From IMG/VR virus record IMGVR_UViG_3300045988_154294: DNA of 39,044 bases; one strand, 5' to 3'. The DNA comes from a virus. Made by a program: the position numbers and the translations under genes. Below the pieces are notes generated by a model, which searched no databases, was not told where the DNA came from, and saw only the letters and a program-made list of their open reading frames with translations. Positions 34,091 through 39,044 of the stretch are shown in pieces. The number at the start of each line of letters is the position of its first letter. Positions within the stretch are counted from its first letter, which is position 1.

Positions 34091-34614
34091 ACTATAAAGA
34101 AGCCAAAAAGAAGGGCTATAAGTACATTACAAGAGACCGCATAGGTGGCGAATGCGCACATATGCTCTTACCGGTAAATAAGAATGGCTACTGGTACTCT
34201 AAGGGCTGGCATTATATAACCACTGGTGGACATGCTTGTAAATCACTTGATACAGTCATGGAAATCGACCAAGCTATCAAGAGAAAAAAGCCTACACCAC
34301 AACCAAGGAAAATAAAGAAAGACCCAGAGCGCCCAGTTTATATTGTCACTTGTAAGCATTGCGGAAAAGTCTTTGAGACAAACTACAGTATTAGAACCTA
34401 CTGTTCACACGATTGTGCAGTTAAGGCTAACAATAAGCGCATCAGTGAGAAGCCTAAGCCAATAGTCAACTGTATCATTTGTGGAAAGCCATTTGAAAAG
34501 AATACAAGAAGTAACACTTGTAGCCCTGAATGTAGTTATAAAAGAAAGTTGATAAAAAATGCAGAAGCAAAACAAAACAGAAACAGTGCTAAGAATCGCA
34601 CTACTAAACATTGA
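34087..34614 (+). CDS. Paralog C: N-terminal Y-x-TRD repeat fused to two C4 zinc ribbons
   Basis: 175 aa. YKYITRDRIGG at the N-terminus, then CKHCGKVFETNYSIRTYCSHDC and CIICGKPFEKNTRSNTCSPEC, then a basic tail. Confidence 0.6.
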   Translation: MNYKEAKKKGYKYITRDRIGGECAHMLLPVNKNGYWYSKGWHYITTGGHACKSLDTVMEIDQAIKRKKPTPQPRKIKKDPERPVYIVTCKHCGKVFETNYSIRTYCSHDCAVKANNKRISEKPKPIVNCIICGKPFEKNTRSNTCSPECSYKRKLIKNAEAKQNRNSAKNRTTKH

Positions 34615-34710
34615 TGTAGAAATCATGCATACAAAGAGGGAACTTAAAGCATTAGAGAATCTTAAGGCACGTCTTGAAGATGAGCTCATAAAGGAAGGGG
34701 AACAAGAGGA

Positions 34711-35349
34711 ATGACAATTATTATTTTTGTCTTGATGACAGTATTGGCTTGTCTAATTTGTGACATTTACGTTGTACTAGCAGAACATGAGCGAGAAGAC
34801 AAACGAACTAGAGCAGACTACTTTAAGTTAGACAGAAGGATTGACCGAGTAGTTAGACGCATTAGTGAAGATGAGACGCAACTAGACAAAGTTGAAAGGG
34901 CTCAGGTAGTCATGAAGTCGAACGTAAAACTTTTACTTAATGACCTTAATGAACGTGAACGTAAAGAATTAATAGGTGTATCAAGCAATGAAGAATTAGA
35001 TAAGCGAGCAAAAGTATTAGAATCACTAATTATTGACGCAAACTCTCAAAGTATTCCCAAAAAAGTATTAGATAGCCTGAAGCAGACAAATGAAATAAAA
35101 GTTGTATCTAATGATGATACGCCTTTACATGACAGTCACTATAAGAAACTAGGTATTGAACCGTGGGACATTTTGAAAGCCAACATGACTTTTGAAGAAT
35201 ACAAAGGCTTTCTAAAAGGGAACATTCAGAAGTATCTACATCGAAATAAAGAAGGTCTAAAAGACTATGAAAAACTAGCAAACTATGCAAATAAATTAAT
35301 AAGCGAGGTGAAAGAGCATGGCAACAACAGAACGAACAACAACGGCTAA
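34711..35349 (+). CDS. gp1.7-like protein: N-terminal TM anchor and coiled coil, then a DUF3310 (T7 nucleotide kinase family) domain
   Basis: 212 aa. The C-terminus DSHYKKLGIEPWDILKANMTFEEYKGFLKGNIQKYLHRNKEGLKDYEKLANYA aligns with the T7 gp1.7 C-terminus PSHYMLFDDIEAIEVIARSMTVEQFKGYCFGNILKYRLRAGKKSELAYLEKDLAKADFY. The N-terminus is a hydrophobic helix followed by a charged coiled coil. Confidence 0.6.
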   Translation: MTIIIFVLMTVLACLICDIYVVLAEHEREDKRTRADYFKLDRRIDRVVRRISEDETQLDKVERAQVVMKSNVKLLLNDLNERERKELIGVSSNEELDKRAKVLESLIIDANSQSIPKKVLDSLKQTNEIKVVSNDDTPLHDSHYKKLGIEPWDILKANMTFEEYKGFLKGNIQKYLHRNKEGLKDYEKLANYANKLISEVKEHGNNRTNNNG

Positions 35350-35806
35350 GACAACAGCACCAACTAAACCAGTTTTAGGTGTCTTTCCATTAGAAGATGA
35401 TATTAAACTACCAGAGTACAAGACAAAAGGAGCGAGTTGTCTTGATGTATACCTAAAAGATGACTTGCGAATTGCTGGTAAGCATGAATGCACTTCCCAG
35501 CTAGTCCCTTTTGGTTTTAAATTGGATATTCCAAAAGGCTATTCCGTACGCATTCACTTGCGGTCTAGCGTGGCAATGTACTACCCAATTCAATTAGCGA
35601 ATGAAGAAGGTATCATTGATGAAGACTTTACAGGTGAAGTAAAAGCAATCGTACGGAATTTAACCAATGCAGCCTTTTACTTCCATAAGGGAGACCGCTT
35701 GTTCCAAATGGAAGTCGTGAAAGATACACGCATGAAGCTCAAAAAGTTAACTACTTATACCAAAGTAACAGACCGAGGTGAGACTAATGGCAGTACAGGA
35801 AAATGA
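35318..35806 (+). CDS. dut: dUTP pyrophosphatase (trimeric dUTPase)
   Basis: 162 aa carrying dUTPase motifs: GASCLD (I), RSS (II), GIIDEDFTGE (III), GDRLFQ (IV), RGETNGSTGK (V). Confidence 0.85.
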   Translation: MATTERTTTAKTTAPTKPVLGVFPLEDDIKLPEYKTKGASCLDVYLKDDLRIAGKHECTSQLVPFGFKLDIPKGYSVRIHLRSSVAMYYPIQLANEEGIIDEDFTGEVKAIVRNLTNAAFYFHKGDRLFQMEVVKDTRMKLKKLTTYTKVTDRGETNGSTGK

Positions 35807-36080
35807 CCCTATTAATGAACTAAGTGCAATCAATGCAGAGTTTTATGATACTTGTAGCATCTTATACATGAACTGGATTGACGGTGAAAAAGCTGACAAA
35901 ATTCTAAATGAATTGTTCAAGGTAACAGCACGAGTACAACAAGAACTTGCTGAGAATATTGAAGAAGCTGAGATACAGCTAACAAAAGCACTAGAGGAAA
36001 ACTTTGATTTAACTAATGAGAACATCGACTTATTACAACAAGAAGGTGAGCTCTATGACCAATTATTAGAAGAAGACTAG
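35787..36080 (+). CDS. Hypothetical acidic protein
   Basis: ORF 35778..36080 trimmed to ATG 35787 after a GAGGTGAGACTA box. 97 aa, Glu/Asp-rich. Confidence 0.45.
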   Translation: MAVQENDPINELSAINAEFYDTCSILYMNWIDGEKADKILNELFKVTARVQQELAENIEEAEIQLTKALEENFDLTNENIDLLQQEGELYDQLLEED

Positions 36081-36089
36081 GAGAACAAA

Positions 36090-36674
36090 ATGGCAAGCAA
36101 TAACACAATTTTAATTAATGGAACCGCCTATTGGGCGCACGTACAAAAGCCTGAGGAATACAACGGCTCCCCTATTGGCTACTCAATCATGGTAGACCTT
36201 GAGGACGATGACAAAATGGCTAAACTTCAGATGCACCTTGCGAATGTATTTAACGAGGAAGCTAAGGAACAGGGCTGGAAACTTGACCCTAAGACCACAC
36301 TGAACTTACCAATTAAAGACAACACCACCGCCAATGGTGAAACACGTGAATGCGTCAAAGCTAAGACAAAGCACGAGTACCAAAACAAAACAACTGGTGA
36401 AATTGTCAAACGTTCCTTACCAATCTTTGACGAGTATGGTGAACCAGCACCAAAGGGAACTCTTATTGGCAATGGTAGTAAGGTACAAATCAATGTGACA
36501 CCACACTGTTACATGATTAATCGTAAGAACTTTGGCGTCACTTTACGATTAAATGCTGTATGCGTGACTGAGTTAGTCGCTTATGGTGGCGGTAATGATG
36601 CTAATAGTTACGGCTTTCAGACCAAAGAAAAACCAGAAAGTGACCAATTGAATGACGGTGAAATGGAGTTTTAA
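36090..36674 (+). CDS. Single-stranded DNA-binding protein, T7 gp2.5-like
   Basis: 194 aa. GNGSKVQINVTPHCYMINRKNFGVTLRLNAVCVTELVAYGGGND aligns with T7 gp2.5 GGGSKLKVKYSLVPYKWNTAVGASVKLQLESVMLVELATFGGGED. The acidic C-terminal tail ends in Phe, as in gp2.5. Confidence 0.8.
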   Translation: MASNNTILINGTAYWAHVQKPEEYNGSPIGYSIMVDLEDDDKMAKLQMHLANVFNEEAKEQGWKLDPKTTLNLPIKDNTTANGETRECVKAKTKHEYQNKTTGEIVKRSLPIFDEYGEPAPKGTLIGNGSKVQINVTPHCYMINRKNFGVTLRLNAVCVTELVAYGGGNDANSYGFQTKEKPESDQLNDGEMEF

Positions 36675-37074
36675 CCGTAGGCGTGGCTTTAGAAAGCGTG
36701 TAGACAAAACAGTACGTTCTAACTTTGAAGGGAAAATAAAGAAGCATTTGTTGTCTCATAAGGTGAAATTTGAGTATGAATCAGTAAGTTATCCTTACAC
36801 AATTACTCATAAGTACACGCCTGATTTTGTGTTGTCTAACGGTATAATCATCGAGGCAAAAGGTTTATTCTTACCGGAAGACCGCACAAAGCACTTACAG
36901 ATACAAAAAGAGCACCCTGAGCTAGATGTACGGTTTGTCTTTCAGAAAGACCAATGGCTTACGAAAAATAAGAAGACAAAATATTCTGACTGGTGTAAAA
37001 AGCACGGCTTTATGTACCATGTTGGAGACAGTATACCATTAGCGTGGATAGAGGAGAAACATGGCAGTAATTAG
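36652..37074 (+). CDS. Endonuclease I (Holliday junction resolvase), T7 gp3-like
   Basis: 140 aa. KFEYE, YTPDFVLSNGIIIEAKGL, EDRTKHLQIQKEHPELDVRFVF, DWCKKHGF and IPLAWIEE match T7 gp3. Confidence 0.9.
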   Translation: MTVKWSFNRRRGFRKRVDKTVRSNFEGKIKKHLLSHKVKFEYESVSYPYTITHKYTPDFVLSNGIIIEAKGLFLPEDRTKHLQIQKEHPELDVRFVFQKDQWLTKNKKTKYSDWCKKHGFMYHVGDSIPLAWIEEKHGSN

Positions 37075-37426
37075 AGGAAAGCTAAGAGAACGCCAAGCCA
37101 CTACTGAAATCATTTGTCTATTCAAAAATATGGACGAATTGACATTTCAAGAAGTGGCAATGAAGGCGAAACAAGCTGGCTACTTATTCTTCCCTTATCA
37201 CGCATTTGTGAATTATTTAGGTGAAATTCATGAGGGACGTGATGAGAAAGCAGTAGCCAACGCTGAAATTGATGAAACTGAGGAAGCATACACGATACTG
37301 GTGGACGCACCGAGCGCCAAAAAGGTAACGCCGGAACAGCGAAAAGCAGTACTTGAGTTATGCAGTAAATACCCTCAGGCAGTATATAAGGAATTTGAAG
37401 GTAGTATTAAAGACGAGTTGATTTAA
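37061..37426 (+). CDS. T7 lysozyme (gp3.5) homolog lacking the zinc ligands; probably non-catalytic
   Basis: 121 aa at the canonical gp3.5 position. GYLFFPYHAFVNYLGEIHEGRDEKAVANAE aligns with T7 gp3.5 GWLDVGYHFIIKRDGTVEAGRDEMAVGSHA. The His17 equivalent is absent (EIICLFKN vs AIFVHCSA). The protein ends before the AHHEVAPKACP zinc-binding segment. Confidence 0.6.
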   Translation: MAVIRGKLRERQATTEIICLFKNMDELTFQEVAMKAKQAGYLFFPYHAFVNYLGEIHEGRDEKAVANAEIDETEEAYTILVDAPSAKKVTPEQRKAVLELCSKYPQAVYKEFEGSIKDELI

Positions 37427-37428
37427 CT

Positions 37429-39044
37429 ATGGAAGAATCAACCTTAATTAAGGCACATTTGCCTTGCCAAACTTGTGGTAGTCACGATGCACTCTCAGAG
37501 TATTCTGACGGACATACCCATTGTTTTTCTTGTGGTACAACAAAATTTTTAAACAATGACAAAAGACAAATAAGCAACTCAGTATTTACCAGTAGGGTAT
37601 CGTCAACCCATATCAGTAATTTACCAAAACGAGGTATTTTAGAGCATACATGCAAGAAATACCAGTACCAAAAAGGAACATACAATGGAAAGCCGGTACA
37701 AGTCGCAAACTATTATGACCAGTATGGTGAACTTACAGGGCAAAAGTTGAGGTTTGCCGACAAGACTTTTTGTGTGTTAGGAAGCATTAACGATACGTTT
37801 TACGGACAACAGCTGTATAGTGGTGGAGACCAATTGATAGTCACAGAGGGCGAGATTGACTGTTTAACGGTATCACAAATGTTCGCCAATACTATCCCAG
37901 TAGTAAGCCTACCAAAGGGCGCTAAGAGCGCAAGAAGGACATTTGAAAGTAATCTTGAATGGCTACAACACTTTAATGAAGTTGTGGTTATCTTTGACAA
38001 TGATGAAGCCGGAAGGGAAGCAGTCAAGAGTGTAGAGGGCATTCTTGAAGCTGACAGATTGAAAGTAGTGGTCTTAAATCAGCACAAAGACCCAAATGAG
38101 TACCTACTGGCAGACCACGGTAGGGAACTCATGGACGCCATTAGTAATGCTAAGGCGTATACCCCTGAGAACATTGTCAACGGTAGTACATTGTGGGAAG
38201 AACTGAAGAATGAACCTGAAGAAGAAGTTGGATATAGCTTACCGTGGGACATAAAAGCACAAGATATGACCAAAGGAATACGCAAGGGGGAAATCGTGTT
38301 ACTAACCGCCGGAACTGGCATTGGTAAATCAACCATGGCAAGAGAAATCATGTATGACCTTGCTATGAATAAAAACTTAAAAGTAGGCGTTATGATGCTA
38401 GAGGAAAACATAAGGCGCACCGCCAAAGGTATTATGAGTATACATGTTGGTAAACCTCTACACATATCACGTCAAGGACTTACTGAAGATGAATACAAGA
38501 CCGCATTTGATGAGACCCTAGGAACAGGGCGTTTTGTCTTGTATAACCATTTTGGTAGTCTAGCAGAAAACAAAATATTGAGTGCAATGAGGTACATGGC
38601 TGTTACTGAAAAGTGTGACTTTTTGGTATTAGACCATTTGAGCATTGCAGTGAGTGGAATAGACACCAAGGACGAGCGAAAACTCATAGACGTGCTTATG
38701 ACACGTTTACGTTCGTTAGTTGAGGAAACTGGAGTAGGTCTCATAGCCATATGTCACTTGAAACGCACAGACAATAGCAATCATGAAGAAGGTGGCGTCA
38801 TCAGTTTGAATCATTTACGAGGTAGTCAATCACTGGCTCAACTTTCAGATACCATTATTGCACTTGAGAGAAATCAACAAGCCACTGAAGACAAAGAAAA
38901 GAATCGCATTAAGGTACGCATACTGAAATGTAGGTGTACTGGTGATACTGGTCTAGGTGGCTATCTTTATTTTGACAAAGGTATTAATCGCTTACGAGTA
39001 CCTGATTTTGATGAGGAGAACACCAATGAAGACACAAAGCAACA
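37429..39044 (+). CDS. DNA primase/helicase, T7 gp4-like (3' end continues at 56..65 across the circular junction)
   Basis: N-terminal zinc ribbon CQTCGSHD...HCFSCG; primase motifs VTEGEIDCLTV and FDNDEAGREAV; Walker A GTGIGKST; VLDHLSI; ICHLKR; the C-terminus SDTIIALERNQQ...ILKCRCTGDTGLGGY is nearly identical to T7 gp4. Confidence 0.95.
   Translation, partial: MEESTLIKAHLPCQTCGSHDALSEYSDGHTHCFSCGTTKFLNNDKRQISNSVFTSRVSSTHISNLPKRGILEHTCKKYQYQKGTYNGKPVQVANYYDQYGELTGQKLRFADKTFCVLGSINDTFYGQQLYSGGDQLIVTEGEIDCLTVSQMFANTIPVVSLPKGAKSARRTFESNLEWLQHFNEVVVIFDNDEAGREAVKSVEGILEADRLKVVVLNQHKDPNEYLLADHGRELMDAISNAKAYTPENIVNGSTLWEELKNEPEEEVGYSLPWDIKAQDMTKGIRKGEIVLLTAGTGIGKSTMAREIMYDLAMNKNLKVGVMMLEENIRRTAKGIMSIHVGKPLHISRQGLTEDEYKTAFDETLGTGRFVLYNHFGSLAENKILSAMRYMAVTEKCDFLVLDHLSIAVSGIDTKDERKLIDVLMTRLRSLVEETGVGLIAICHLKRTDNSNHEEGGVISLNHLRGSQSLAQLSDTIIALERNQQATEDKEKNRIKVRILKCRCTGDTGLGGYLYFDKGINRLRVPDFDEENTNEDTKQ
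38990..39044. repeat. 55-bp terminal overlap with 1..55 (assembler k-mer overlap marking a circular contig)
   Basis: The last 55 nt of the window are an exact copy of the first 55 nt. Both lie inside the primase/helicase CDS. Confidence 0.9.

Noticed and set aside
34625-34714. 29-aa coiled-coil peptide ORF (MHTKRELKALENLKARLEDELIKEGEQEE) between paralog C and the gp1.7-like gene
   Set aside because: No RBS, and it is below any reasonable confidence threshold. It could be real, since it overlaps the next start as ATGA, but it is unsupported.
35131-35160. T7-like GACAGTCACTATAAGAAAC inside the gp1.7-like gene as a promoter for the dUTPase gene
   Set aside because: It matches the phage consensus at only about 15 of 23 positions, has a poor upstream half and has A rather than G at +2/+3. 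I kept it only as a low-probability candidate.
38990-39044. Terminal 55-bp direct repeat as a biological terminal redundancy
   Set aside because: It lies in the middle of the helicase CDS and is exactly one k-mer (55) long, which makes it an assembly circularisation artefact.

Overview
This window is a complete, circularly closed T7-like podovirus genome of about 38,989 bp. Positions 1-55 repeat 38990-39044, which is the kind of k=55 overlap an assembler leaves at the join of a circular contig. GC is about 40%, genes carry strong AAGGAG-type ribosome-binding sites, and nearly all run on the + strand. The gene order is T7-like and colinear: RNA polymerase (29617-32178), class II genes (three tandem paralogs, a gp1.7-like DUF3310 protein, dUTPase, gp2.5-like SSB, gp3-like endonuclease I, a lysozyme-like gp3.5 homolog, gp4 primase/helicase wrapping over the window ends), gp5 DNA polymerase with a TTG start, gp6 exonuclease, then class III genes (portal, scaffold, capsid, tail tube A/B, internal virion proteins gp14/15/16-like, tail fiber, holin, amidase endolysin, membrane-anchored lysis-accessory protein, terminase small and large). 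At least three copies of a 23-bp phage promoter, TAATTG(A/G)CACACTAA(T/C)AGGAAG, are visible; it resembles the K11, T3 and T7 promoters. The segment between terminase and the RNA polymerase gene (24.3-29.6 kb) is not typical of a T7-like phage. It carries a tyrosine integrase with a weak non-ATG start behind a hairpin, a repeat-dense roughly 800-bp noncoding region that could be attP, and a three-gene minus-strand cassette headed by a ribbon-helix-helix protein and driven by near-consensus host σ70 promoters. A repeated GAACAAATG motif and a terminator sit just upstream of the RNA polymerase gene. Together these look like a temperate-type switch grafted onto a lytic T7 scaffold. Other points: the T7 lysozyme functions appear split between a catalytic amidase in the lysis cassette and a gp3.5-position paralog lacking the zinc ligands; three class II paralogs carry a repeated Y-x-TRD-x-DG motif and zinc ribbons; a small Cys-rich gene is flanked by nested direct and inverted repeats. 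No tRNA, rRNA or CRISPR array was seen. Protein assignments rest on alignment to T7 proteins recalled from memory and on motifs, not on database searches. Coordinates I derived by hand may be off by 1 nt, especially within 22263-24334.
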